Below are positions 38,920 through 49,488 of a DNA stretch of 64,000 nucleotides, in pieces. The translations under genes and the position numbers were made by a program. The stretch lies in contig DATJPR010000098.1 in the NCBI GenBank assembly GCA_035506295.1, forward strand, positions 4,789 to 68,788, given 5' to 3'. The notes under the pieces are model-generated. The model ran no database searches and was not told the DNA's origin. It saw only the letters and a list, made by a program, of their open reading frames with translations. Origin of the DNA: Bacteroidota bacterium. Its GTDB lineage: Bacteria > Bacteroidota > Ignavibacteria > UBA10030 > UBA6906. Numbering within the stretch: position 1 is the stretch's first letter; each line of letters opens with the position of its first letter.

Positions 38920-38934
38920 GCAAATGGCATGCCA
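38920..38934 (-). promoter_or_regulatory. Sigma-54 (RpoN) -24/-12 promoter
   Basis: The minus strand 38934->38920 reads TGGCATGCCATTTGC, that is TGGCAY-N5-TTGC with all conserved GG/GC positions present. It sits in the 191-nt gap between the kinase stop (39060) and the REC gene. Confidence 0.7.
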
Positions 38935-39059
38935 GCCCATCGCGAAACAAAAGCATGGACTATTTTGCAGGGGGCGTCGGGAGAGAGGAAAATGGCTGGC
39001 GAATATTACACAGGTGGAGAGGGAGGGAAGGGCGGGGATTGACCGGCGTGCATTGCCGG

Positions 39060-41351
39060 TCAGTCCCCGATGACTTCGCGGACTGTCTGGAGAAACTGGT
39101 CGGGACGGAACGGCTTTGAAACCACCTGAAGCTTTTCCTCCTGCAGGAGACTCGCGATAAGCTGGTCCGAAACAAAGCCCGTGCAGAAGAACGCCTTGAG
39201 CGAGGGGTTGATGGCCTTCAGAGCCACGTACACCTGTCCGCCGTCCATGGCGGGCATGACAAGATCGAGGACCACCAGATCGATCTCCTTGAAGCGCTTT
39301 CGATAGAGGTCGATCGCCTCGGGGCCGTTGTTTGCGAGGAGGACGACATAGCCCTCGTCTTCCAGGAGTTCCTTGCCGAGATCCTGCATTGCCGGCTCAT
39401 CGTCGACGAGCAGCACGCAGCGCGTGGTTTTGACGCCCCGGTGGCGCGGCAGTTCCTTTGCGCTCAAGCTCGGGAGATACACATGAAATGCCGTTCCCCT
39501 GCCGACTTCGCTTTCGACGGTGATCGCTCCGTGATGGCTCCGGACGATATTGTAGACGATGGACAGTCCCAGCCCGGTCCCGCGACCGCGGTCTTTGGTC
39601 GTGAAGAAGGGATCGAAGATCTTCGCCCGTATCTCTTCGGGGATCCCGATGCCGGTGTCGGCCACGGAAATTTCCACGCACTCATTGCCTGGTGCCGCGA
39701 AGAGCTGGGGTCCGACGTCGCGGCCGATCACGACGTTGCGAGCCGAAACTTTCAGCGCGCCTCCTCCTCCTCCTCCGCGCGCCAGGATCGCGTCCCGGGC
39801 ATTCACGCAAAGGTTCATCAGGACCTGGTAGAGCTCCCCATGATCTCCCAGCACAGGTGCGAGGTCCGGCGGGATCAGCGACTCAATCCGGATCTCCGCC
39901 GGGAACGTGTCTTTCCCCGACGAGATGACCTCGCTGCAGACCGTGCCGACATCGGTCGGCAGCGTATGATGCCGGGAGGAACGCGCGAACGAAAGCAACT
40001 GCCCGGCCAGTTCGGCCCCGCGCTGCGCCGAGCGCTCGATGGTGTCGACGTATTTTCTCACTTTTATCTGGTCGTCGATGTGCTTGCGCAGCTGCATCGA
40101 GAACCCCAGGACGTTGTTCAGCACGTTGTTGAAGTCGTGGGCGATCCCGCTGGCGAGCGTGCCGATGCTCTCCATCTTCTGTGCCTGGCGGAGCTGGTCC
40201 TCCAGCCGGTTGCGTTCGCTGACATCGCGCAGGATCACCGTGAAGAGTTTCTTCCACCCGACTTCGATCTGTGATATCGACGCCTCGATGGGGAACTCCT
40301 CCCCGTTGCCGCGGACGCCGTACACCAGGCCCAGGTTGCCCATCTGACGCCGCGTCACGCCGGACGTGCCGTATGCCTGCACGTGACCTTCGTGGAGACT
40401 CCGGAAGCGCTCCGGGATCAGCGTGCCGACGTGCTTGCCGATGGCGTCCGGCGCCTTGATGCCGAACATCTTCTCGGCGGCCTCGTTAAAGAGGACAATG
40501 CGTTGATCGGTGTCGAGGGTGACGATGGCATCCATGGCGGATCCGACGATCCCCGCAAGTTGCGCCTGACTCTGGCGGACGGCCTCTTCTGACCGCCGCC
40601 GCTCGGTGACATCGCGAAAGACCAGGACAACGCCGGTCACTTCGCCGGCCAGATTACGGATGGGCGCTGCGCTGTCATCGATGGGAATTTCCCGCCCGTC
40701 CCGGGAAAGGAGCAGGGTCGGCGTGACGATGCGGGTCGGGCCCTTGTTGGCCATCGCGTTCTGGACGGGATTCGTGATCGGTTCCCGGGTCCTCTCGTCG
40801 ACAATGACAAAGACGGCGCCGAGGTGCTGGCCGACCGAGTCCGATTGTGTCCAGCCGGTCAACTGTTCTGCGACCGTGTTCATGAACCGGATTGCCCCGG
40901 AGGTGTCGGTGGCAATCACTGCATCGCCGATGCTCTTCAGCACCGCAGAGAGCCACTCTTCGCTTTCCCGCAGGCGCCTCTCCATCTGGTTCTTGAAGAG
41001 CGCCATTTCGATGGTAATATGCAGCTCGCGTTCTTCAAACGGCTTCAGGAGGTAGCCGAACGCTTCCGTGCGCTTCGCCCGCTGAAGTGTTTTTTCGTCG
41101 GCGTATGCGGTAAGATAGATGACCGGAATCTCATGCTGTTTCGCGATGACGTCCGCCGCCTGGATCCCGTCCATGTTGCCGCGCAGCATGATGTCCATGA
41201 GCACCAGGTCCGGGTGCGTGGATTCCGCCATGCGGATGGCTTCCTCGCCGGACCCTGCCATCCCACAAACCTGGTATCCAAGATGCCGGAGACGATTCGC
41301 GATATCCTTTGCTACGATATTCTCATCTTCAACGACTAGAACGGTCGTCAT
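39060..41351 (-). CDS. Hybrid sensor kinase (REC, PAS, PAS, HisKA, HATPase, REC)
   Basis: ~763 aa from ATG 41351 ([16 protein letters not shown]...) with no TM segment. H-box [23 protein letters not shown]-terminal REC ([12 protein letters not shown]...[12 protein letters not shown]). Confidence 0.9.
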   Translation of the reverse strand: MTTVLVVEDENIVAKDIANRLRHLGYQVCGMAGSGEEAIRMAESTHPDLVLMDIMLRGNMDGIQAADVIAKQHEIPVIYLTAYADEKTLQRAKRTEAFGYLLKPFEERELHITIEMALFKNQMERRLRESEEWLSAVLKSIGDAVIATDTSGAIRFMNTVAEQLTGWTQSDSVGQHLGAVFVIVDERTREPITNPVQNAMANKGPTRIVTPTLLLSRDGREIPIDDSAAPIRNLAGEVTGVVLVFRDVTERRRSEEAVRQSQAQLAGIVGSAMDAIVTLDTDQRIVLFNEAAEKMFGIKAPDAIGKHVGTLIPERFRSLHEGHVQAYGTSGVTRRQMGNLGLVYGVRGNGEEFPIEASISQIEVGWKKLFTVILRDVSERNRLEDQLRQAQKMESIGTLASGIAHDFNNVLNNVLGFSMQLRKHIDDQIKVRKYVDTIERSAQRGAELAGQLLSFARSSRHHTLPTDVGTVCSEVISSGKDTFPAEIRIESLIPPDLAPVLGDHGELYQVLMNLCVNARDAILARGGGGGGALKVSARNVVIGRDVGPQLFAAPGNECVEISVADTGIGIPEEIRAKIFDPFFTTKDRGRGTGLGLSIVYNIVRSHHGAITVESEVGRGTAFHVYLPSLSAKELPRHRGVKTTRCVLLVDDEPAMQDLGKELLEDEGYVVLLANNGPEAIDLYRKRFKEIDLVVLDLVMPAMDGGQVYVALKAINPSLKAFFCTGFVSDQLIASLLQEEKLQVVSKPFRPDQFLQTVREVIGD

Positions 41352-41404
41352 CGCTGAGCCTTCATGACAATGCACTCCTGAAACTGCTGATGGGAGGAAG
41401 TTTG

Positions 41405-44400
41405 CTACGGAGCCTTGAACACCACACTGAATGACGTCCCACGGCCTTCATCGACTTCGGTGACTCCATCGATCTGGTCGACGAGCGTCTCAATGAGCTG
41501 GAGTCCGAGCGTCGAAGCGGTGCGGATATTGAACCCTTCCGGGAATCCGACCCCGTTGTCCCGGACGCACAGTCGGGCAACGGACTCGTTGCGGGTCATT
41601 TCCACCACGACTTCTCCCTCCCGCCCATCCGGGAAGGCATGGATCAGGGAGTTCGACACCAGTTCGTTGACGATGAGCCCGCACGGGATCGCGAGGTCAA
41701 CCCCCAGGAGAATACCTTCGATGTTGATCCTGATTTTCGTCGCGGCCTTCGCGTTCGGATAAGATCGAACCAGATACGACGTGAGATTGTGCACGTAGGT
41801 ACCGAAGTCGATTCTGGAGAGATCTCCCGAACGGTACAGCCGCTCGTGGATCAACGCCATCGACCGTATCCGGTTCTGGCTCTCGCGGAGGAGCTGGACG
41901 ATCGATGCGTCCTCGATGCGCCCAAGCTGCAGGCTGAGCAGGCTCGAAATGATCTGGAGATTATTTTTCACCCGGTGGTGCACTTCTTTCAAAAGGATTT
42001 CCTTTTCCTCGAGTGACTGGCGGAGTTCCTGCTGGGCCTTCTGGCGCTGCATGTGGCCGACCATCCCTTCGAACAGCAAGGTCAGCTGTCGCGCATCGGA
42101 CGCGTCGTAGTCTTCGCGCTTGTTCCCGACGCCGGCAATGGCGACCACTTCGGAGCCGTCGAACACCGGCACCGCCATAAAGCGATAGAGCGACACATGT
42201 TTGGTCGGCACGGTGGCGCAGGCGCCGCCGGACCCGGGGAAGCGGTTCATGATGACGGGCTCGCGCCGTTTGATCACGCTTTGGAACATCCCCGACGGTG
42301 AAAGGGAGGTAAGGGATTGGACGTCCTCAAGCTGGCAGATCTGCAGTGTGTGCTTCGACCAGATGACCGATTCAAGGGCTCCTCCCCCCGGGTTCAGGAA
42401 CCCGACGAAGCCGATGGCGCTGCGCGTTAAGCGGACCCCGTCTTCCAGCGCAACTTCCGCAACGTCTTCCGTGGACGAATCAAACATCTGGTTCAGGGCC
42501 ACGAGCGCTTCGAGCCGCGCCTCGTTCAGCCTGATCGCTTCATCGGCCTTCTTCCGGCGGCTGACATCCATGCTGCCGACAACAAAGCCGGTCACATTTC
42601 CGTCGTCGTCCTGCAAGGGGTTGATGAGCGATTCCACCCAGATCCACCTGTCGTCCGCGCTGCGCAGGCGGTATTCCGCCGTGCCGGAGGCCCGTCCGTT
42701 GTGAAGCTTCTGGAACGTCGCGAAGACCCGCGCGCGGTCGGCGGGGTGCACCAGACTGAGTGTGCGGGTGCCGACGAGCGATTCCGGGCGGTAGCCGAGG
42801 ACCTTCGCGTGCGACGGACTTGCATATTCGCACACCCCGTGGGTGTCGATCTGCGTGACCACATCGAGCATGGTGTCCGTGATCCGGCGCAGCCGCAGAT
42901 CATTGTGCCTGATCTTCTCTTCGCTTTGTTTCCTGTCGGTGATGTCACGTGCAACGGTCACAAAGGCGAGGGGCTTCCCGGTTTCGTCGCGCACGGTCGA
43001 TGTCAGTACTTCTGCAGGGAATTCCGTCCCGTTGGTGCGACATGCCTGGAGCTCTCCCACCCAGGATCCGGATGCCGGGAGGTACGCTTCCTTCAGGACC
43101 GCCTTCGACATGTCCTTGCCGCCGAGAATGAGGGGTGACTTGCCCACGATCTCGTCGGCCGGGAATCCGTAGGTTGCGACAAAAGAATCGTTGACAAAAA
43201 GAATCGAACCGTCGAGCGATGTCAGAAGGAAGCAATCGCGCGCGCATGCCACCGTATTCGCCAGGAGCCGGAGCTCGCGTTCCGCCAGCTTCTTCGCCGT
43301 GATGTCCTGAACGGTCTCAATGTAGTACAGGGGATTGTGCGCTTCATCGCGCACCAGCCGCACATTTTCGCTGATCCAGAACGGTCCTCCGATATTCCGC
43401 GTCACCTGCGACTCGAAGTCCACGATCTCCCCGCCTGACTGGAGCATGCTTTGAAACTCCTGGTGCCGTTGCGGGTCAACGTAGAGTTGGCCCTTCCGCC
43501 TGGTCATTTCGGCAAGGAGCTCATGTTGGTTCTCGTAGCCGTACATCTTCATCAGGGCGTTGTTGACGCTGAGGAAGCGTCCGTCGACGGTGTACTTGGC
43601 GATCCCCATCGCAGCATGATCGAAGATCCCTTTGTATGTTTCCTGCGCCTCATGATAGGAGTTTTCCATCATGCGGCGGTCGGTCACGTCGTGGGCCACG
43701 AGGACGACGCGGTCAAGTCCCGCGGGCGACAACGTTCCTTCGAACCACCGCACCTGTCCGGACAATTCCATCGGGAAGCCGAGCGCCAGCCGGCCTCCCT
43801 GATGCAGCGCCGTGTGAATGCGTTCGTGAAAATACTCGGCCTGCGGCCTGGGAAACGCTGCGTCCACGGTTGACTGCTGGAAGCGTTCCGGCAATCGATG
43901 GAGGATCGACGGGTTGGTGGGGGCAATGCTGAGGATCCGGCCGCCCGCGTCCATCACGAGGACGACAGCATCCATCGCTTCGAACAGCGTCCGCAGCTCC
44001 GCCTCGGACGTGCGGAGCGTTTCCTCCTTCCGCTTCCGATCGATCGCCATCGCGACCTGATGCGAGACAAACGAGAGGAGGTTCAGGTCTTCCTGGGTAT
44101 ACCGGACGCCGTCGGAATATGTCTGCACTACCAGGACGCCGAACGGAGATCCGTCGAGCACGAGGGGCACACCGAGCCAGTCGACGCTGGGGACGCCGAT
44201 CGACTCGACATCGCCCCGCGCCACAAGCTCGTTGAAACGTTCGGGCGATGCCAGCAAGGGCTGGCCCGTCCTGAGGACATATTCCGTCAATCCCTTCCTC
44301 ATCGAACGCTGGCCGGGCGGGGGGTCAAATTCGTCGACGAAGTACGGGAACGCAAGGATGTCCGTTTCAGGGTCGCGGATGGCGATATAGAAATTCTTCG

Positions 44401-45271
44401 CCGGCAGGACTTCGCTTACGCACCGATGGATGGAACGGTAAAGTTCGTCAAGGCCGCTGACAGTATGTGCGGCCTCGGAGATCGAATAGAGGGAGGCTTG
44501 TTTGCGGAGGTTTCGCCGGTCCTCGGTGCCGTCTTCCGCCACGACGAGGAATCCCTTCCCGTTTTGCGGCGCAATCGTCAGGGCAATCCATTTCCGCGGG
44601 TCGCTGGACTCCTTGAGCTTCGCCTCCATCTGCACGGTTTTCCCGCCAAGCGCGACCGCAACGTTGCCGTGAAAGTGCTGCTGCGATCCATCTTCGAAAA
44701 GATCATAGATCGTCGCGGCGCCGATCATCTCGGGCTTGAAGCCCAGCATCGCCCGGGCGATCCCGCCGACGAACCGGATGACCCCGTCGTTGTCGCATCC
44801 CAGAACGCAATACTGGTTCACTCCGGCCGGGCGCGATGCGGCACTGCGCTCTTCCCGGCGTTCATGCTGCCCGTCCATCTTCACGAGCTGCTTCCGCGTC
44901 AGCGCCAGCTCCATGGCCAGGTGCAATTCCCGGTCTTCGAATGGTTTCACCAGGAGCGTCGACATGGGAAGAGCACGGGCGCGATCCACGGTTGCGACGT
45001 CGGAACAGGCGGTGACGAAGACAATGGGGACGGAGAGTTCCTGCGTGATCGTGGTGGCGGCCTCGACGCCGTCGACGTTGCCCCGCAGGAGAATGTCCAT
45101 GATCGCGACGTCGGGGTGCTTGGACCGTGCGAGGGCAATGGCCTCGACCCCCGACGACACCGGGCCGATGACCTCAAACCCCGCCTGGACCAGCCGTTGC
45201 CGGAGATCCTCGGCGATGATGACTTCATCGTCAGCGACAAGAACGCGATATGGGGTGCGACGTTTCTCCAC
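41405..45271 (-). CDS. Sensor kinase (REC, PAS/GAF array, HisKA_2-type kinase core)
   Basis: 1288 aa with a GTG start and no TM segment. N-terminal REC, several PAS-like units and at least two GAF-like regions. The kinase core with EVHHRVKNNLQIISSLLSLQ is of the HisKA_2/HWE-like type, followed by a HATPase domain (LIVNELVSNSLIHAF...DNGVGFP). Confidence 0.9.
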   Translation of the reverse strand: MEKRRTPYRVLVADDEVIIAEDLRQRLVQAGFEVIGPVSSGVEAIALARSKHPDVAIMDILLRGNVDGVEAATTITQELSVPIVFVTACSDVATVDRARALPMSTLLVKPFEDRELHLAMELALTRKQLVKMDGQHERREERSAASRPAGVNQYCVLGCDNDGVIRFVGGIARAMLGFKPEMIGAATIYDLFEDGSQQHFHGNVAVALGGKTVQMEAKLKESSDPRKWIALTIAPQNGKGFLVVAEDGTEDRRNLRKQASLYSISEAAHTVSGLDELYRSIHRCVSEVLPAKNFYIAIRDPETDILAFPYFVDEFDPPPGQRSMRKGLTEYVLRTGQPLLASPERFNELVARGDVESIGVPSVDWLGVPLVLDGSPFGVLVVQTYSDGVRYTQEDLNLLSFVSHQVAMAIDRKRKEETLRTSEAELRTLFEAMDAVVLVMDAGGRILSIAPTNPSILHRLPERFQQSTVDAAFPRPQAEYFHERIHTALHQGGRLALGFPMELSGQVRWFEGTLSPAGLDRVVLVAHDVTDRRMMENSYHEAQETYKGIFDHAAMGIAKYTVDGRFLSVNNALMKMYGYENQHELLAEMTRRKGQLYVDPQRHQEFQSMLQSGGEIVDFESQVTRNIGGPFWISENVRLVRDEAHNPLYYIETVQDITAKKLAERELRLLANTVACARDCFLLTSLDGSILFVNDSFVATYGFPADEIVGKSPLILGGKDMSKAVLKEAYLPASGSWVGELQACRTNGTEFPAEVLTSTVRDETGKPLAFVTVARDITDRKQSEEKIRHNDLRLRRITDTMLDVVTQIDTHGVCEYASPSHAKVLGYRPESLVGTRTLSLVHPADRARVFATFQKLHNGRASGTAEYRLRSADDRWIWVESLINPLQDDDGNVTGFVVGSMDVSRRKKADEAIRLNEARLEALVALNQMFDSSTEDVAEVALEDGVRLTRSAIGFVGFLNPGGGALESVIWSKHTLQICQLEDVQSLTSLSPSGMFQSVIKRREPVIMNRFPGSGGACATVPTKHVSLYRFMAVPVFDGSEVVAIAGVGNKREDYDASDARQLTLLFEGMVGHMQRQKAQQELRQSLEEKEILLKEVHHRVKNNLQIISSLLSLQLGRIEDASIVQLLRESQNRIRSMALIHERLYRSGDLSRIDFGTYVHNLTSYLVRSYPNAKAATKIRINIEGILLGVDLAIPCGLIVNELVSNSLIHAFPDGREGEVVVEMTRNESVARLCVRDNGVGFPEGFNIRTASTLGLQLIETLVDQIDGVTEVDEGRGTSFSVVFKAP

Positions 45272-45310
45272 GACAATTCCTGTAGAGCTCGATTCCCGGC
45301 AGGCCCGGCG

Positions 45311-46729
45311 CTATGCCGTTGTCCTGTACGTCCGCTGCTCGGGCTGGATGCCGAGCTGTTCCATCCGGTACCGCAGCTTCGACCGGGTGAGACCGAGGAC
45401 TTTCGCTGCCTGGACCTGATTGCCGCCGACGATTTCCAGCGTCTTGAGGATCAGCTCCCGTATCACCTCGTTCATCTGAATCCCCTTGGGGGGAATGTCA
45501 AGGATGAACTTCCTGCCGCCGAAATGATCGGGACCGACGATATTCGTGTCCGTAGATCGGAGGAAGGTGAACTGTTCCGGTGTGAGCTCAGGAGTATTGT
45601 TGAGAAGTACGACCCGTTCAATGGCATTGCGAAGCTCGCGGACGTTGCCTTTCCACGGCAGCCGCTCGAGAAACTCCTCGGCATCAGGCGAGAGCTTCGG
45701 CGTGGGGCGGGTCAGCCGGCGGCTGTATTCCGTGAGAAACGATTCCGCGAGATCCTTGATGTCTTCAGGCCTGTTGCGCAACGGCGGGATCCGGATCGAC
45801 GCGACGTTCAACCGGTAGAACAGATCTTCCCGGAACCGGCCCGCTTCGACTTCCCGGGCAAGCTCGCGGTTCGAAGCGGCGATCACCCGTACATCGACGC
45901 TGATCTCCTTCGTCCCGCCAAGCCGATAAAAACGTTTCTCCTCGAGAACGCGCAGGAGTTTGACCTGCATCTCCAGCGAGAGCTCACGGATCTCATCCAA
46001 CAGGATCGTCCCGCCGTGCGAGAGCTCGAATTTTCCCTGCTTCATCCTTTCTGTCGCCCCCGTGAACGCCCCCTTTTCGTAACCGAAGAACTCGCTCTCC
46101 GCAAGTTCCTTCGGGATGGCGCCACAATTGAGCGTGACAAATGGCTTGTCGGCCCGCGCGCTCTTCTGATGGATGAACCGGGCGATAACTTCCTTTCCCG
46201 TCCCGCTTTCCCCTTCGAGGAGCACCGTCGTGTTGTCGCCTTCGGCGAGCTTCTCGGCGGTCTCCAGTACCCTCCGGAGTCCGGCACTCGTCCCCACAAT
46301 GGCGTTCCTCGGGTTCTCCCCTTCGAGCTGCTCCTGCAGCAGCTTCACTTTGGTCTGGAGAGACGCGTAGTTCAGGTTCTTCTCGATCAGCACACCGAGG
46401 TGGTTCAGATCGAATGGCTTGACTACGAAGTCCGCGGCTCCTTCCTTCATCGCCCTGACCGCAAGAGCGACATCGGAGTGGGCCGTCATCATGATCACGG
46501 GCGTATCCGCTCCTTCGGCGCGCATCCGGTTCAACAGCTGGATGCCGTTGATTTCCCCGATGTAAATGTCGAGAAGGATGAGGTCCGGCTTAGTCTCCGC
46601 GAGCTGCTGGAAAAACTCTTCGCCTTTGTTGCAGACGGAGACGGTGTAGTTCAGTTCGCCGAGGATTTTTCGGAGCGTGTTGGTCAGAATGACTTCGTCG
46701 TCACCGATGAGAATGCGCGCCTTCCCCAT
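45311..46729 (-). CDS. Sigma-54-dependent response regulator (NtrC family enhancer-binding protein)
   Basis: 472 aa. REC domain ([12 protein letters not shown]...[13 protein letters not shown]), AAA+ domain ([15 protein letters not shown] motif in [17 protein letters not shown]) and a C-terminal Fis-type HTH ([22 protein letters not shown]). Confidence 0.93.
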   Translation of the reverse strand: MGKARILIGDDEVILTNTLRKILGELNYTVSVCNKGEEFFQQLAETKPDLILLDIYIGEINGIQLLNRMRAEGADTPVIMMTAHSDVALAVRAMKEGAADFVVKPFDLNHLGVLIEKNLNYASLQTKVKLLQEQLEGENPRNAIVGTSAGLRRVLETAEKLAEGDNTTVLLEGESGTGKEVIARFIHQKSARADKPFVTLNCGAIPKELAESEFFGYEKGAFTGATERMKQGKFELSHGGTILLDEIRELSLEMQVKLLRVLEEKRFYRLGGTKEISVDVRVIAASNRELAREVEAGRFREDLFYRLNVASIRIPPLRNRPEDIKDLAESFLTEYSRRLTRPTPKLSPDAEEFLERLPWKGNVRELRNAIERVVLLNNTPELTPEQFTFLRSTDTNIVGPDHFGGRKFILDIPPKGIQMNEVIRELILKTLEIVGGNQVQAAKVLGLTRSKLRYRMEQLGIQPEQRTYRTTA

Positions 46730-46753
46730 AGAAGGATCCCTCTCTTGTGATGG

Positions 46754-48406
46754 TCAGCAATGATCCGTGGCCGGCGGGAACACTAACCGAACGATCGTAC
46801 CATGATCGGGTGCAGGCTCGACGGTGATTTCCGCATTGTGGCGGAGCATGATCTGCTTGGACATCGCGAGACCGAGGCCGGTGCCCTGGGCCTTCGATGT
46901 CCTGAAATGTTCGAACAAATGATCGTACTGTTCTTCGGTCATCCCCACACCCCGGTCCCGGACGGTCATGAGAACGCACGGACAGGGCAGCGTCTGCCCG
47001 GGGACCGGTTCGTTGGTCAGCGAAGTCGAAACTTCGATGGCGCTCCCATCGTTGGAGGCGTCGATGGCGTTCTGCAGGACGTTGAGCATGACCTGTTGGA
47101 TCTGCTTCGCGTCGACAAAAATGGGCGGAAGTGAATCCGTGAGGTGAGTGTCGATCTGCACTTTTCTCTGCTGCACCGAGATCTTGAGAAACCCGAGCAC
47201 CTGCGTCGCCAGGCCGTTGATGGATTCCGACCTCAGCACGGGAGGCGTGATGCGCGCGAGGCTGAGCGTGTTCTCCATGACCGACTCCACGCGGCGGGCG
47301 CCTTCCAGTGCGTCGCGGATGATGCCGCGTCCGATTTCGTCGAGATCGGACCGCTGCTGGAGAAATTGCAGGTTCAAGGTCACTGCCGCGAGAGGGTTCC
47401 GGATTTCATGGGCGATCCCTGCGGCGAGCCGGCCCATGAGCGACATCTTCTCCGCCTGCATGAGCTGTTCGCGCATCTTCTTTTCCTCGGAGATGTCGCG
47501 GACGTAGAGCAGCACGCGATTTTCCTCCGGGCTTTTCAGCGGCCCCACCCCGACCTCGACATTCAGCGAGCGGCCTGCGCCGGTCTTCAGCACAGCCTCG
47601 CCCGAGGTGAACCCGCTCGCATCGAGCACGCGTGCGGAGAGATCGTCGCCGCTGAGGATCGGCAGCCCGGGGAGCGCGAGGAGCGCTTCGCGCGCGTAGC
47701 CGAGAAGGGCAATCCCCTGTTTGTTCGCGTCAAGGACTTTCCCGCTGGACCTGTCGACGATGAAGATGGCAATGCTGGCATTGTCAAACAGACTCCGATA
47801 CCGGTCTTCGGAAGCCTGGATTTCCCGATTCTTGTTGACGAGAGTCTCCGCGTACATCTCCAGCTCCGCCATTTTCTCTTCGAGTTTCTTGATAATGATG
47901 GCGTGATGCTTCTCCAGAAACACTCTGTCGTCGATCTTCTCCTGGCGTTGCGGGGGCGGCGTCGTAAATCCGTAGTTCTCCTGCGCGAGCTCGTTGACCG
48001 CCTGGATGAGACTGCCCAGGCCGGCATACTTCACCACGTACCGATCGACGCCGATGCTCCTGGCAAAGTCCTGGTCGGCGCCGTCGATATAGTTTCCGGT
48101 GTAAATGATGAAGGGGATCTTCGCCGTCGGCGGTTTGGCTTTCACTTCTTTGCACAACTGGAACCCGTCGATCTTCGGCATCATCGCGTCGGCGACGATC
48201 AGATGCACCGGTGCCTTCTCGAGATACTGGAGCGCCTCAAGTCCGTTGCGACAGGGAACCGCTTCATAGCCGTTTTCCGACAATACGTCTTCGAGGAGGG
48301 AGAGGTTCTCAGGAACATCGTCGACAATCAAAACCCTCAGCGGGGTGGTTGGAGCCGCCGGCACTTGGCGAGGCACCGATTGGTAGGATTCTTCGGCAGC
48401 TGGCAT
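46754..48406 (-). CDS. Sensor histidine kinase (REC, PAS, HisKA, HATPase), probable partner of the EBP
   Basis: 550 aa with no TM segment. REC domain (VLIVDDVPENL...IVADAMMPKIDG), PAS domain, H-box GIAHEIRNPLAAV and GTGLGLAMS. Its stop is 24 nt before the EBP ATG. Confidence 0.9.
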   Translation of the reverse strand: MPAAEESYQSVPRQVPAAPTTPLRVLIVDDVPENLSLLEDVLSENGYEAVPCRNGLEALQYLEKAPVHLIVADAMMPKIDGFQLCKEVKAKPPTAKIPFIIYTGNYIDGADQDFARSIGVDRYVVKYAGLGSLIQAVNELAQENYGFTTPPPQRQEKIDDRVFLEKHHAIIIKKLEEKMAELEMYAETLVNKNREIQASEDRYRSLFDNASIAIFIVDRSSGKVLDANKQGIALLGYAREALLALPGLPILSGDDLSARVLDASGFTSGEAVLKTGAGRSLNVEVGVGPLKSPEENRVLLYVRDISEEKKMREQLMQAEKMSLMGRLAAGIAHEIRNPLAAVTLNLQFLQQRSDLDEIGRGIIRDALEGARRVESVMENTLSLARITPPVLRSESINGLATQVLGFLKISVQQRKVQIDTHLTDSLPPIFVDAKQIQQVMLNVLQNAIDASNDGSAIEVSTSLTNEPVPGQTLPCPCVLMTVRDRGVGMTEEQYDHLFEHFRTSKAQGTGLGLAMSKQIMLRHNAEITVEPAPDHGTIVRLVFPPATDHC

Positions 48407-48683
48407 GATGGTCGAGGAGGTTGTTCAGAGTAAAGCAACTGTCGGAATATGTGCAGCACAAGTAACAATACTAGCCACGTGAACTCAATACGCTTAAATA
48501 CGTATTTTCCTCTGATGATGGAATGAGCTGAGAATTTCGCGAAAAGTCTGGGCTCAGGAGATGCTATCAGGATAGCAAGACAAACGATGGCGAAAATGAG
48601 TCTACTGGAGGCTACAGCCTGATTCTGGATGTGTCGGGAGGGAAGGCCTACGTCCGTGTCTGGAGGCTCACGGGATCAGGATT

Positions 48684-49364
48684 CTACCTGGGGATGATCA
48701 CTATCCCGTTCTTGATGGCGTAGGTGACAAGACCTGAGCGGTCATGTATATCGAGTTTCTTCATAATGTTGTTGCAATGGGTATCCACAGTCCTCACCGA
48801 AATATGCAGTTGCTCGGCAACCTGCGTATGGGTCTCCCCCTCTGCGATGAGCTGGAGTATTTCCCGTTCGCGCGTGGTCAGCGGAGATCGCGGGACCAAG
48901 CGGGTGTCGTCCCCGTTCTTCGTCGGGTTTTCGTTCTTCAGATATTCTTCAAAGAGCGCCCTGGACACCGAGGAACTGAAGTACGAACGGCCGTTGTGCA
49001 CGGAACGGATCGCTTCGGAAAGTTCATCTGCCGTGGTATTCTTCAGGATGTAGCCGTTGGCACCTGAATGGACGACCTCGAGGACATACTCGTCGTTGTC
49101 GAAGGCGCTGAGGGCAAGGATCTTCGCGTGAGGGACCTTTCGCCGTATCTGTTTGGCCGCCTCGAATCCGTTCAACACCGGCATACCGATGTCCAGGAGG
49201 ACGACATCAGGATCAAGTTTCACCGCAAGGTCCACAGCCTCTCTTCCATCGCCTGCCTCGCCGACAATGGACAGTTCGGGATTCAGCGAGAGCAAAGAAA
49301 CAAGACCGCGCCGGACGATCGTATGGTCATCGGCCACGAGAAGAGTGATCTTGCCCGAAATCAT
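48684..49364 (-). CDS. NarL/LuxR-family response regulator
   Basis: 226 aa. REC domain (LLVADDHTIVRRGL...VLLDIGMPVLNG) plus a LuxR-type HTH (LTTREREILQLIAEGETHTQVAEQLHISVRTVDTHCNNIMKKL). Confidence 0.9.
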   Translation of the reverse strand: MISGKITLLVADDHTIVRRGLVSLLSLNPELSIVGEAGDGREAVDLAVKLDPDVVLLDIGMPVLNGFEAAKQIRRKVPHAKILALSAFDNDEYVLEVVHSGANGYILKNTTADELSEAIRSVHNGRSYFSSSVSRALFEEYLKNENPTKNGDDTRLVPRSPLTTREREILQLIAEGETHTQVAEQLHISVRTVDTHCNNIMKKLDIHDRSGLVTYAIKNGIVIIPR

Positions 49365-49488
49365 GAGGGAGGAAGGAGATCTTGGACGAATTCAGAGGCG
49401 AGAAGGAGCGTGCGCCCCAACGCCGCGTCCTGAAAGGTAGGATATTGCATGGGAACATACAACATCCCGCGCGGCAAGGACAAGGAAA

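Noticed and set aside
39041-39061. 7-bp hairpin GACCGGC-N7-GCCGGTC at the end of the 39060-41351 kinase gene as a terminator
   Set aside because: It is short, overlaps the stop codon and has no downstream U-tract on the minus strand. The evidence is insufficient to call a terminator, although some transcript end upstream of the 38920 promoter is plausible.
43898-46750. 950-aa plus-strand ORF (longest plus-strand ORF)
   Set aside because: It lies antisense to the HisKA_2 kinase and the sigma-54 EBP, both with unmistakable motifs on the minus strand. Its Arg/Asp/His/Leu-rich, motif-free composition is typical of shadow ORFs in GC-rich DNA.
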